Shown here: positions 1 to 8,143 of the stretch, in pieces
Numbering within the stretch: position 1 is the first letter of the stretch
Layout of the letters: each line of letters opens with the position of its first letter
NCBI GenBank assembly: GCA_043806315.1
Contig: JAZDHF010000266.1
Span: 7,560-71,559, forward strand
Source of the DNA: Planctomycetota bacterium
GTDB lineage: Bacteria; Planctomycetota; Phycisphaerae; UBA1845
DNA length: 64,000 nucleotides
Direction of reading: 5' to 3'
Made by a program: the position numbers and the translations under genes
Notes under the pieces: generated by a model
Seen by the model: only the letters and a program-made list of their open reading frames with translations
What the model was told of the DNA's origin: nothing
Database searches by the model: none

Positions 1-85
1 TTCGGCCAGGTACACTCCGGGCGGCGCGGATAGGTCGCTCCAGGGGAGATCGGAATGGACGGCCCGTGGGAGCCGAACCCAGACT

Positions 86-418
86 TTATCTGGCATCGGT
101 CACCTCCGTTTCCGCCGGCGCGGGCGGGTCCGGGGAAAGGGCTTGATGGATGATCCACCCGAGTACGCATCGCAGGCAATTATCGTTGCCGCACAGTCCA
201 TCCTGGTTAGGCGAGGCGGGTTGCTCGTGATCCAAGGCAGAATGGATAACTGGGATGAGTTCTTCCAGTGCCCCCCGATACTGCTTCAGCATGGCGAGCG
301 CCCGGCGGATGGCGGCAATATCGTCGGGAGAAAGTTCGTCACCCCAAGCTAGAACCGTAAGTCTCCGTTGCGCCAGCACTTCCAGCCGCGCGAGCATCTG
401 GGGTTCAGTTTCCGGCAT
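86..418 (-). CDS. hypothetical early protein (110 aa)
   Basis: ORF is open 86..469. The in-frame ATG at 418 has an AGAGG-type SD about 7 nt upstream and overlaps the upstream stop (405) by 14 nt. No domain recognised. Confidence 0.5.
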   Translation of the reverse strand: MPETEPQMLARLEVLAQRRLTVLAWGDELSPDDIAAIRRALAMLKQYRGALEELIPVIHSALDHEQPASPNQDGLCGNDNCLRCVLGWIIHQALSPDPPAPAETEVTDAR

Positions 419-926
419 CGGGGGCCTCTTCCCATTCATCATAGATTCCGTCCCAGTCATATGCGCCATCGTGGGTCGCCGGCTTGGTTACCAACTCCTT
501 CAGATTGATCGCAATGCCGAGGCAGTACGGTTCCCCGTTTTCCATAATCTTGAACGTAGCGTGGGGCACGTCTGTCCGGTAACTCCAGGAATACTCAGGT
601 TCGCCCGGATCGCACCAGAGAGCCTCGATCTTGACTGCCAGTTTGTGACGCGCCTGCACCGTCTCCAGAACATCGTGCTTCTTGAGCACCTCGATATCGT
701 CGTGGTCGATCTCGGCCAACAAACCTCCATTGGAATCAATTAAGACCGTGCCACCGTCGCAGACTCCGACCTCATCGTTAATCGCGCCCCGCAGTTCGCA
801 ATTGTCGTCCGAGTACCCGAAGATCACAACGAGAGCCGACTTCTTAGCCTCAGCCTCTTCGGCCTTGGTAATTTCTTGGCCGACCTGTCGGCCTGTCAGT
901 TTCGCCGCCAACTCTTCCTTTGTCAT
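405..926 (-). CDS. hypothetical early protein (173 aa, acidic C-terminus)
   Basis: Long ORF whose start shares a tcat (ATGA) overlap with the upstream ORF at 923-926. No motif I can name. Confidence 0.7.
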   Translation of the reverse strand: MTKEELAAKLTGRQVGQEITKAEEAEAKKSALVVIFGYSDDNCELRGAINDEVGVCDGGTVLIDSNGGLLAEIDHDDIEVLKKHDVLETVQARHKLAVKIEALWCDPGEPEYSWSYRTDVPHATFKIMENGEPYCLGIAINLKELVTKPATHDGAYDWDGIYDEWEEAPDAGN

Positions 927-1207
927 TTCGCCTCCGGTTTAGGGTACGCCGCTCCATAGCCAGCGTCTACCCGGTTATCGCTCCGGTGGAGTTTCCAAAC
1001 CCCAGCGCCCTTTTGCGGGGCGCGATCTGGTGCCGGAGATCCTTCCTGCCGTTCTCGCCCTCGCCGTTGGCGATTGGCCGCAGTTTTCGGATCCCGGCAT
1101 AAGCTGGCGGGCCGGGTCGATGTTACCGGCCGTGTCCGCAGCGATTGACCGTCGCCTAGAACGTGCCGCGCGCACGCCGCCGCCAGCGTAAACTCGTTCA
1201 TTTCCAT
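923..1207 (-). CDS. hypothetical Arg-rich protein (94 aa), frame uncertain
   Basis: ATG at 1207 (MEMNEF...) follows a GGAAGG SD, and the stop overlaps the next start (ATGA at 923-926). Hand-counted codon-position GC is inconsistent along the ORF, so the coding frame in 927-1229 is not settled. Confidence 0.35.
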   Translation of the reverse strand: MEMNEFTLAAACARHVLGDGQSLRTRPVTSTRPASLCRDPKTAANRQRRGRERQEGSPAPDRAPQKGAGVWKLHRSDNRVDAGYGAAYPKPEAK

Positions 1208-1229
1208 CCCCGCCTTCCAATTGCCCTCT

Positions 1230-1622
1230 TCATTCCTCGCCTTCCCCGCAACCCGCCATGTCCCGCTCGTGATCACCGGGTTTGTCCCAGAGATCGCTTC
1301 GGAAATCGGCGATCGTAGAGAGTTTGTCGCAGCGTTTGCACCGGCTCACGCCGATAATCACGCCAAACCCGCCGCGGGCATCCCAGTCATGGCAACCCCA
1401 GGCACATAGTTCGGGAGCACTTGGGCGTCGGTAGAGAGACGCATCGGGGACAGCGGGGTAGGTACCCGCTGAGTTCGGCTCTGGCGAGGTTATGCGACGA
1501 TGCTCGCGCACTTCTTCGCGATCCATCACCGCCTGGTCCCGCTCCCATGCACGCGCCTGTCGATACGACGCAGGGAAACAAGACGCGCAGGCCGGATCGC
1601 CGCAGAGGCAGAGTTCAGGCAT
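1230..1622 (-). CDS. hypothetical Cys-rich protein (130 aa)
   Basis: ORF with CLCGDPACASC and CKRC clusters. Its start overlaps the upstream stop by 8 nt. Confidence 0.55.
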   Translation of the reverse strand: MPELCLCGDPACASCFPASYRQARAWERDQAVMDREEVREHRRITSPEPNSAGTYPAVPDASLYRRPSAPELCAWGCHDWDARGGFGVIIGVSRCKRCDKLSTIADFRSDLWDKPGDHERDMAGCGEGEE

Positions 1623-2793
1623 CCACCGCCCCCATCGTGAATCCAGCCGCTTGAGCTTCCGTAACCATGGCCTTGTAGACCTTGCGGCCGGTTTTGAAAT
1701 CGGGGATCTCGGTCAAGGTGGCGTAGCCGGCGGCTCCGAGCATTCGACCGAAAGCCGAACTGCCAAGAATCGTTTCGAGCGCATTGAACCCCTTCGCCAA
1801 TTCGATGCCAAGCAGCGAACCTTCCTGTGCTTTCATATCGGCAATCTTCCGTTCGGCGGTTCCCTGTTGAGTCGGTCCTTTCTCGCCTTCCGGCGGCTCC
1901 GCCGCAGTGTAGCGGATTTTGAGGGCCTGCTGAAACGTCGTCTCACCTTCCTTGATGGCGGTTCCGAGTTCGCGGAGCGTAGTCACATCCTCATCGCGCC
2001 ATTGTTCCACGGGCTTCCCGAGATAGTTGATAAGGTCGCTCGGGATCACACCGAGTCCACCGAAGCGGTCAATCCACTTCTTTACCGCCGCCTTCGGGTC
2101 GCTCTTGTCTTCTTTCGCCAAGGTTTCCGCGACCTTCTCTTCGCAATCCTCCAAGATGTCGCGCGGGCAGAGTTTCAGGAGGAAGTTTCTCTGCACCTTG
2201 GAAATGGCCGAATTCTGTTTCGCCAGAATCTCATCGTCCGTCGCCGCGACCAGGAACGTCATGTCGCCGCGCGAATTCACACGACTGGAGATCACATCGC
2301 GCCCTTCCGGGGGAAGCCATTCTTCGCCGCGTTTCTTCCCGCGCTTCTCGACTACCTTCGCAACCGTGACCTCTTGCGACCACGGTACGTTGCGCTGAAG
2401 ATCCGTCACGCCGATGCGGACGATTCTCAGCTGGTCGTCCTCGTAACTGGTAGAGGTCCACGGCTTGACGTTGCCCATTTCCTGAGCCAAGGTCTCCGCA
2501 AAACGGATGGTGAATCCGCGGGCTTTCGTTTCGGTCCACACGTCATTGATGAGCGCCTTGCCGACTGGCTTGCAGTAACGGGTCACCTCTGCGAATCGGG
2601 GGCGCCGGCAGTGATCCATCATCCGCCCCCGCACGTCTAGCCAGACGCGCGGGTGACGTTCGGCCATCACATACTCAGCCTGAATGATGGCCTGCTCACG
2701 CGCCGCTATCCCCGCGACGCTCTTCTCGGAAGTCGTAGCAATTTGCTCCGCGCCGAACTCTTCCCGCTTCACCAGCGCCTGCTGCTCATTCAT
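1615..2793 (-). CDS. early protein, possible RecT/Red-beta-type annealing protein (weak)
   Basis: 392-aa ORF coupled to both neighbours. AKQNSAISKVQRNFLLKLCP loosely recalls the RecT C-terminal motif (AKKTAIRRLFKYLP, from memory). Function is unverified. Confidence 0.6.
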   Translation of the reverse strand: MNEQQALVKREEFGAEQIATTSEKSVAGIAAREQAIIQAEYVMAERHPRVWLDVRGRMMDHCRRPRFAEVTRYCKPVGKALINDVWTETKARGFTIRFAETLAQEMGNVKPWTSTSYEDDQLRIVRIGVTDLQRNVPWSQEVTVAKVVEKRGKKRGEEWLPPEGRDVISSRVNSRGDMTFLVAATDDEILAKQNSAISKVQRNFLLKLCPRDILEDCEEKVAETLAKEDKSDPKAAVKKWIDRFGGLGVIPSDLINYLGKPVEQWRDEDVTTLRELGTAIKEGETTFQQALKIRYTAAEPPEGEKGPTQQGTAERKIADMKAQEGSLLGIELAKGFNALETILGSSAFGRMLGAAGYATLTEIPDFKTGRKVYKAMVTEAQAAGFTMGAVDA

Positions 2794-2956
2794 GCGGTGC
2801 CTCTTCGCTCGTCGGCTTCTCGCCCTTGCGCCACTTCCGTACCGGATTGCACGTCGCGCATCGCAACCCGCCGCGAAATCGGGTGAGATCGTGGCAGGCC
2901 AAGGCGCAGCGTAGTAACCGCAGGGCCGCTTTTAGGCTAGCCAAATAACTCAGCAT
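2786..2956 (-). CDS. small zinc-ribbon-like protein (56 aa)
   Basis: Not in the ORF track (under 60 aa). ATG at 2956 is preceded by GAGGAGGA 5 nt upstream. Product is MLSYLASLKAALRLLRCALACHD...RCATCN..., and the stop overlaps the MNEQQ start (ATGAATGA). Confidence 0.5.
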   Translation of the reverse strand: MLSYLASLKAALRLLRCALACHDLTRFRGGLRCATCNPVRKWRKGEKPTSEEAPHE

Positions 2957-2975
2957 CGGTTCCTCCTCGTTTTCT

Positions 2976-3003
2976 CCGGGCCGGTTCCCCTATCCCGGCC
3001 CGG
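2976..3003. repeat. GC-rich inverted repeat (9-bp stem CCGGGCCGG/CCGGCCCGG, 10-nt loop)
   Basis: Read directly. It sits in the apparently non-coding gap 2957-3332 and has no flanking U-run on either strand. Confidence 0.6.
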
Positions 3004-3332
3004 TTACTACCCTCTCCGGGCGACTCAGCGTGACGGCCAAGCCGCCCGGTACCTCATCATCTAAGTTGTGGTTAAACACCGTGTGCGTTCGGGCTAATAC
3101 CGCATGGCCCACCTCCTTCCTCTCCCGTCACGGAACTCTAAACTGGCGGCGCGGATTCTTACCGCTCCCTGTTCCGGCAGGACCGATGTCCCCGCCAATC
3201 GCACGCGGGCGCGAATCATCGGGTGTTCTCGCCACCTGACCGCCAGCAAGCTGGAGCCGGAGATCCGATCATCCGTCGGACTGACCCGCAGGTCCCGCAG
3301 CCTCGCAAGTCCCGGATCTCCGGCGTAAGTCA

Positions 3333-3863
3333 TCACAATGAACCTTCCTGTGCCACGATGATCTTGTTTTCGGCCTCTTCACGGGCGAGTTCATCATGCG
3401 CCTCGCTCCAGGTATCCATGGACGCGCCGTGAATCCGCTCCGTCTCATCCAGGCACGCCCTGAATTCCTCCGCTGACAATTCAGGTTTAGTGGCCCTCTC
3501 CGCCGCCCGCAGACTCTCCAATAACTCGTCCTTCCGCGGGCCGGTCACGGACGCGGCCTGGGCGCGGGCGGTGGCGATGGTCTGATCCCTGATGCTATAG
3601 GGCGAACCAGGCGGCTGGAGGCCCTCGAAAGTTGCAAGGAGCATTGATAGCGGAAGGCGCGGTTTCCCTTTTCGGTTTGCCACTTCCGCATCGTCCAGTC
3701 GATCAAGTACCGCGATCAGATGCTCCTTCTGCGGTAACATCGGCCCGTCGCCAGCCGCAATCGCCACCGCCTCCGCGAAGAAGTCGCGCCGCGGGTCGGG
3801 TGGTTCACACGCCGGACAATGGCAAGGGTAATCGTTTGGATCTCGAGGTGCTCCGTGTGTCAT
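3333..3863 (-). CDS. hypothetical early protein (176 aa)
   Basis: ORF. It contains IATARAQAASVTGP, encoded by a 39-bp DNA segment that recurs in gene 4188..4529. Confidence 0.7.
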   Translation of the reverse strand: MTHGAPRDPNDYPCHCPACEPPDPRRDFFAEAVAIAAGDGPMLPQKEHLIAVLDRLDDAEVANRKGKPRLPLSMLLATFEGLQPPGSPYSIRDQTIATARAQAASVTGPRKDELLESLRAAERATKPELSAEEFRACLDETERIHGASMDTWSEAHDELAREEAENKIIVAQEGSL

Positions 3864-3906
3864 TTGCTCCTCTTGACTGTCAACGTCCCGTCTCGCGCCC
3901 CGCTTC

Positions 3907-4191
3907 TCATGGCTTCCTTCCTGTCAGGGGTTCCACCTCAAAGACGTGAAACACTAGCGTTCCACGGAGAAGCTGGACGGTCCCGATGAATTGCTTTACC
4001 GGGTGATTGATCGGATGACCTGTTCCGGCCACCCTGAAATAGCGTTTTTCGGGCGCGTCTTCGAGATCTACCAGGACCCAGAGGCAAATGACTTCCCACT
4101 GGGCCTGAACCGAGAGGATAATTGCCCCACGGGGCATCTCAACCTCCAGAAACCCGCCGATCTCAAGCGGGTATTTATAGACCATTTTCAT
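3907..4191 (-). CDS. hypothetical small beta-rich protein (94 aa)
   Basis: ORF with a 4-nt overlap with the upstream gene 4188..4529. Confidence 0.7.
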   Translation of the reverse strand: MKMVYKYPLEIGGFLEVEMPRGAIILSVQAQWEVICLWVLVDLEDAPEKRYFRVAGTGHPINHPVKQFIGTVQLLRGTLVFHVFEVEPLTGRKP

Positions 4192-4529
4192 GGATGGTCA
4201 TTTCGCGCCGCCCGCGCCGCCACGTCTAGGCACGCCGTCAATTGCGCCACCTTCTCGGGATCGGTCACGGACGCGGCCTGAGCGCGGGCCGTGGCGATGG
4301 CAAATTTTCGGTAATCGAACGGTTTCGTCATCCGCAGAAAATGCCCATGGGACACTCTCTGCCGGTTATCGTCGAATCTGACATCTATCAGATATCCGTC
4401 TCCCTGACGGAAATACACCCGCTCAACTGTCGCAGGCTTCCAAAACTGGGAGTTGTCTCCCTGATCCCCTACGGGTGACCATACTTCGGCGTCGAATACC
4501 ACCAGACGAGTACCACGTTGGACACTCAT
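4188..4529 (-). CDS. hypothetical early protein (113 aa)
   Basis: ORF with 4-nt overlaps on both sides. It shares the IATARAQAASVTDP segment with 3333..3863. Confidence 0.7.
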   Translation of the reverse strand: MSVQRGTRLVVFDAEVWSPVGDQGDNSQFWKPATVERVYFRQGDGYLIDVRFDDNRQRVSHGHFLRMTKPFDYRKFAIATARAQAASVTDPEKVAQLTACLDVAARAARNDHP

Positions 4530-4723
4530 GTTGCCCTCCGTACTGCCAGCGTCCCATCACTCGCGCCCCTCACCGACGCCTCCAACAGACGCGACGCAGT
4601 TTTGAGTACCGGGCTATTTGTATTGCAGCCCATCCCAAGGAGCCTGCTCGCCAAGTACTGTAAATCCTTGGCTTCGTAATCCCGACTCAATCGGCGAATA
4701 GTCTCGGCTCGGCGGGTGGTCAT
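4526..4723 (-). CDS. hypothetical protein (65 aa)
   Basis: ORF chained to both neighbours by 4-nt overlaps. Confidence 0.55.
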   Translation of the reverse strand: MTTRRAETIRRLSRDYEAKDLQYLASRLLGMGCNTNSPVLKTASRLLEASVRGASDGTLAVRRAT

Positions 4724-4947
4724 GCCATCCTCCGCATGACCGATGATAATTTCGTCTTATCCTTTTTGGTCCAGCAAGGACACTGATCCCAAGTGTCCCA
4801 GACCCGCATAGGAGACGGCACATTGATCGGCAAGGGAGCCAGCCAACCTATAGGTGGCTTCCAGCCGCACGTCCCCATAGAGTACTTACCACTGGCCGAA
4901 AAGTCCCCGAGTTTACATGTCCCGCAGGTTGTTTTCGCCTTTGCCAT
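4720..4947 (-). CDS. hypothetical Cys-rich protein (75 aa)
   Basis: ORF with CGTC and CPC motifs. GGAGG lies 9 nt upstream of the ATG. Confidence 0.6.
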   Translation of the reverse strand: MAKAKTTCGTCKLGDFSASGKYSMGTCGWKPPIGWLAPLPINVPSPMRVWDTWDQCPCWTKKDKTKLSSVMRRMA

Positions 4948-4948
4948 C

Positions 4949-5053
4949 TCAGTCGGCCTCCAGAACTACGTGGTATATCGCCTTGTGTGTCCACATCGGA
5001 TCGAGTTTCCCCGCTACGCATTTTCTGAGTTGATCTGGAGTTTGTGCGCTCAC
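4949..5053 (-). CDS. possible micro-ORF (34 aa, GTG start)
   Basis: GTGA overlap with the upstream stop at 5050-5053. It ends 1 nt before the next ATG. Hand translation: VSAQTPDQLRKCVAGKLDPMWTHKAIYHVVLEAD. Confidence 0.3.
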   Translation of the reverse strand: MSAQTPDQLRKCVAGKLDPMWTHKAIYHVVLEAD

Positions 5054-5463
5054 GCAATTCTCCACAAGTTCCATACCCACAGAACCAGCCAGCAGATATA
5101 CTCCCGCCCCTGCCAGACGTTCAGCCAAAACAGGGCGCAGATCGCCGACCCGCAGATCCAGATTAGGAGTCGCTTCGTCCGTTGCTCCGCCAGAAGTTCT
5201 CCGATCAGGATGGCCTTCACGTCCTCAACCTGGTCGATCTCGGCCTTCAGGATAGCCTCGCGAGTGTCACGACGATTCATCTCGGCGCGCGCCTTGTCTT
5301 CCAGGTTCAGGAAGATTACGCTGATCGCGTCGAGCGGCGCATCGGGCGGGGGGTATGCGCGGCGGTGAAGGTCCTCGACCTCGCGGACGCCGGGGCCAGG
5401 CACGATCTGGATTTCGCCGAGCAATTGCTCGGCAGTCAACGATTCTGATTGTTGTTTGCTCAT
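5050..5463 (-). CDS. membrane-anchored protein (137 aa, C-terminal hydrophobic region)
   Basis: Start chosen at ATG 5463 (ATGA overlap with 5460..5669). The C-terminus LLIWICGSAICALFWLNVW...WLVLWVWNLW is strongly hydrophobic. Confidence 0.6.
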   Translation of the reverse strand: MSKQQSESLTAEQLLGEIQIVPGPGVREVEDLHRRAYPPPDAPLDAISVIFLNLEDKARAEMNRRDTREAILKAEIDQVEDVKAILIGELLAEQRTKRLLIWICGSAICALFWLNVWQGREYICWLVLWVWNLWRIA

Positions 5464-5669
5464 GCCCACCTCTTCACTTCTCTTACCGCCAGCGGGTACG
5501 CCCGCAGCCATCTCGTCGGGACTAGCGCCACTTCCCACCCCAGGCACAGCAGAAATGCCCTAACGTGCAATACGGCAAGCGCCAGGAGCACTAGCGGGCC
5601 GCGGTGAGAGCGGGAGTACTCCACGCCGAACACCAACGCTAGGGCGACGGCGGAAGCTTCGAGGATCAT
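5460..5669 (-). CDS. small membrane protein (69 aa, about 2 TM)
   Basis: Start at ATG 5669 (ATGA overlap with 5666..6157). Hydrophobic stretches are ILEASAVALALVFGV and LVLLALAVLHVRAFLLCLGW. Confidence 0.55.
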   Translation of the reverse strand: MILEASAVALALVFGVEYSRSHRGPLVLLALAVLHVRAFLLCLGWEVALVPTRWLRAYPLAVREVKRWA

Positions 5670-6157
5670 GCCAGCCTCCGCAAGTGCGAAGCGGAGCGGT
5701 TGCGATGGTAATAACGATTGGCGTTGACCGCATTGCAATCCTTGCAGCGACTTCCGGGAGTCCCCCCGTTGGACTTCGCAATCTCACTGAATGGCTTTGG
5801 CAAATTACATTGACAACACCGTTTCATCCTGACTGTAGCCAAGAACCTATTGATGACTCGGCTAGCATGATTCCCGTTGCATTTTCCAGTCGCCTGCCAT
5901 GCATAGAATATGGCTTGCTCTTCGGCTTGCTTGGCGGTGATCTCGGCTTCCAGGCACATTTTCCTCTGGGTTGCTTCTCGTTGCCTGCCCGTTATTCCGA
6001 ACCGCTTGGCAATCTGCCGCACCCATTCCCGCGAGACGCCGACTTCATCCGCAATGGCCTGGAAGCCGAGGGCCGGGTTATCGAGTAACCGCCGCACCAG
6101 CTCAGGATTGGCAATTGGAATCGGGCCTCTCACCGCCGCATCTTTCTTGTCAGCCAC
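5666..6157 (-). CDS. HTH DNA-binding protein with C-terminal Cys cluster (163 aa)
   Basis: HTH-like segment LGFQAIADEVGVSREWVRQIAKRFG, followed by a CCQC...CKDC zinc-ribbon-like cluster. Confidence 0.7.
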   Translation of the reverse strand: MADKKDAAVRGPIPIANPELVRRLLDNPALGFQAIADEVGVSREWVRQIAKRFGITGRQREATQRKMCLEAEITAKQAEEQAIFYAWQATGKCNGNHASRVINRFLATVRMKRCCQCNLPKPFSEIAKSNGGTPGSRCKDCNAVNANRYYHRNRSASHLRRLA

Positions 6158-6225
6158 GCCGACAGAATCACGCCGAACAGCGCGATGCCGAGCCAGAACA
6201 GCACCTCGATGGCGCGGGCCTTCAT
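6130..6225 (-). CDS. possible 31-aa single-TM peptide
   Basis: Hand-found. GAGGTGGAG SD precedes ATG 6225. Product is MKARAIEVLFWLGIALFGVILSAWLTRKMRR. It overlaps the next start by 28 nt. Confidence 0.35.
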   Translation of the reverse strand: MKARAIEVLFWLGIALFGVILSAWLTRKMRR

Positions 6226-6256
6226 CGTCTCCACCTCTTGCCGGGGCAGGTTTCTT

Positions 6257-6478
6257 TCACTTTGCCCCCATCTGCGCCGCGACCTGCGCGGCGATCTCGC
6301 GGATCAGATATGCAGTCCTACTTTGTCCGGTCCCGCGCAATGCGGCGGCCACCTTGAGCGCGCTCACCACCTCCCGGCATCGCGCCGGGCTTCGCTCTTG
6401 CTCTGCCAGCCGCGCGTTGACCCGCAGCGCCACTTCGGCGCGGAAGGCGGCAGTGTCGAGATCGCGGGTGGGCGTCAT
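6257..6478 (-). CDS. hypothetical protein (73 aa)
   Basis: Start at ATG 6478 (ATGA overlap with 6475..6765). This is the C-terminal part of track ORF 6257..6673. Confidence 0.55.
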   Translation of the reverse strand: MTPTRDLDTAAFRAEVALRVNARLAEQERSPARCREVVSALKVAAALRGTGQSRTAYLIREIAAQVAAQMGAK

Positions 6479-6765
6479 GCGGCCCTCCAAGATTTCCGCA
6501 TGATGTTCAACGCCATCCGCCGCCGGTTCTTGCGCGGTTCGCCACCGGCCACGTCGGCCCGGCTGACGTACCGGAACGCGGTTGCCAACGCCCGGTGTCG
6601 CTTCTGTTGGCGGCTGTCCAACGACGGCACAGGCACCGCAGCCGGCCGCTTCGGGTCCCGAATCGTCTGCCAAGCGGCTCGGAACATCTTCCGAATGCCG
6701 GAAGACCGGCGGGCAGCCAAACCCGCAATCCTCTCCTGGTGCCGGACTTGCGCGGGATCTCTCAT
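6475..6765 (-). CDS. hypothetical basic protein (96 aa)
   Basis: ORF with ATGA overlaps on both sides. Confidence 0.55.
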   Translation of the reverse strand: MRDPAQVRHQERIAGLAARRSSGIRKMFRAAWQTIRDPKRPAAVPVPSLDSRQQKRHRALATAFRYVSRADVAGGEPRKNRRRMALNIMRKSWRAA

Positions 6766-6944
6766 GCCGCCTCCGCGCCGGTCGTGAGTTTCTTCAGCCG
6801 CGCGAGTTCCCGCTCGATGGCGGCGGAGACGGCCTTATGCTTGCGCTCGCCCTTGGCGACCAAGCAAACGGTCACCGCCGATACTTCGCACATCCGCGCA
6901 ATCCGCGCTTGCGCGCCCCGTGGAAGTTTGATTCGTTTAGCCAT
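6762..6944 (-). CDS. Cro/Ner-like small HTH regulator (60 aa)
   Basis: MAKRIKLPRGAQARIARMCEVSAVTVCLV... has an HTH-like core. The ORF is open to 7103, but the extra 159 nt are AT-rich and contain a consensus-like promoter. Confidence 0.6.
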   Translation of the reverse strand: MAKRIKLPRGAQARIARMCEVSAVTVCLVAKGERKHKAVSAAIERELARLKKLTTGAEAA

Positions 6945-6951
6945 TGCTTCA

Positions 6952-6979
6952 ATCTTACGGAAGATTACGTAAATGTCAA
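6952..6979 (-). promoter_or_regulatory. sigma-70-like promoter TTGACA-16-TAAGAT, probably leaderless
   Basis: The -35 is at 6979-6974 and the -10 at 6957-6952, read on the minus strand. The ATG at 6944 lies 7 nt after the -10. The TTACGTAA palindrome (6965-6972) sits in the spacer. Confidence 0.45.
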
Positions 6980-7194
6980 TACCCTCATGAATATTTATTT
7001 TTGCTGGGTCAAAATCAGCGATTTCTGAAGGCTTCCAGGCATAGCGACGGCTTCCCTTGTCGTTTTTGCCTTCGCGGCCCTTCCGCAAGGTGTTGCCTTT
7101 CAACGTCAGTTCCGGTTCAGAGATCTTGGCGTAGACCGCTTGAGCTTAGTCTGTTAACGACGTGGACCGGGATGTAGCCGCCATACAGGTTCTA

Positions 7195-7359
7195 CTACCT
7201 GCCCAGCGCCCGGATTTCATCCTCGAAGTCTATCGCCATCGGTGCCTTTTTCCGTATCTCTTTGAAACAAGAGGCTGTTTTTTCATATTTCGGTTGCGAA
7301 GGAGCCTCAATAGCCAACCGTCCTGGACAGCCCAGGATAACCGGAACGTCAGCGAACAT
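7195..7359 (-). CDS. hypothetical small protein (54 aa)
   Basis: ATG at 7359 with GGAGG 7 nt upstream. This is the tail of track ORF 7195..7752. Local sequence is AT-richer. Confidence 0.4.
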   Translation of the reverse strand: MFADVPVILGCPGRLAIEAPSQPKYEKTASCFKEIRKKAPMAIDFEDEIRALGR

Positions 7360-7999
7360 TGGACTGCCTCCGTTTTTCATGATGGCCGTCCAACCAATAC
7401 ACATACCTAAACTTGGAAATTCTTGGGATTCGTGAAATCTCGATGCCGTCTGGGACGTGCGCCCGGCGCGAGTACCGCTTCCCCGCCGCGTCTTCGTAAT
7501 CGAACCGGGGCGTTTTCCGCTCTTGATCCGTATGCCCGTCGCTGATCCAGTTTCCGGCCCGGTAAATCGTACCCTGATGCCCCGCGGAGGGATCAGCGTA
7601 AGACACCAGACACCCAACATCGCGCCGGTTCTTCCGTAACCACTGAATCGCGCGGGACATAAACCACGTCTCTGCGTTCTTCGGGGTTCCGTCCTCAATG
7701 AATAGCCGCGCCAGTTCCCATGCCGCTGTTCCGTAACGCTTCGCGGTCTCACGCGGAGGTAGGGCGAACACGATACAGCCGATTACGGAGCACTTTTCGA
7801 TCAAGGCCAGCGTCAAGACGACAACTCCCGGCCAGTGGTGGAGGTAGTGCTTTCGAACGAGGTGGTCCACTGCGGGCCGCCCAACCTCCATCACCCTCCA
7901 ACCTGCGAATGGACGCAGTGCGAGCGTGGGAGTTGAAGCGTCGGTCTGTTTGGTGGATTCCGTACCACCCTCCCTCGAAGGGTCGCGGTGGGCTGGCAT
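7349..7999 (-). CDS. mom: Mom-family (GNAT-fold) DNA adenine modification protein-like
   Basis: 216-aa ORF. HYLHHWPG ... TPKNAETWFMSRAIQWLRK ... LVSYADPSAGHQGTIYRAGNW matches my recollection of the Mom-family signature (SYADP..GH.G.IY.A.NW). The start is uncertain (M1 at 7999 or M37). Confidence 0.6.
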   Translation of the reverse strand: MPAHRDPSREGGTESTKQTDASTPTLALRPFAGWRVMEVGRPAVDHLVRKHYLHHWPGVVVLTLALIEKCSVIGCIVFALPPRETAKRYGTAAWELARLFIEDGTPKNAETWFMSRAIQWLRKNRRDVGCLVSYADPSAGHQGTIYRAGNWISDGHTDQERKTPRFDYEDAAGKRYSRRAHVPDGIEISRIPRISKFRYVYWLDGHHEKRRQSNVR

Positions 8000-8064
8000 C
8001 GAGGGTACCAGCCCCAGAACCGCAATCCGTCAACCTCCGGATGCGCGCCGGAGGTCAATTCCAG

Positions 8065-8092
8065 AATAAAGGATACGCCGGGGAAAAGTCAA
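8065..8092 (-). promoter_or_regulatory. candidate promoter TTGACT-16-TTTATT upstream of the mom-like gene
   Basis: The -35 is at 8092-8087 and the -10 at 8070-8065 on the minus strand, about 60 nt upstream of ATG 7999. Confidence 0.35.
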
Positions 8093-8143
8093 GTGAAAAA
8101 TGGTGGCTCCGGTTGGGGGTCTACGGGCAGTTCGGGGGATGGT

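Noticed and set aside
3094-3336. 79/80-aa ORF coupled (TGATG) to the stop of gene 3333-3863.
   Set aside because: No codon-position GC asymmetry in 3121-3180 (11, 14 and 13 of 20), and the product is Arg-rich and low-complexity. I left it uncalled and discuss it under the non-coding island finding.
6945-7103. Longer 113-aa form of the Cro-like regulator starting at 7103.
   Set aside because: The extra region is AT-rich and contains a near-consensus promoter aimed at ATG 6944. The HTH domain is complete in the 60-aa form. The longer form is not excluded.
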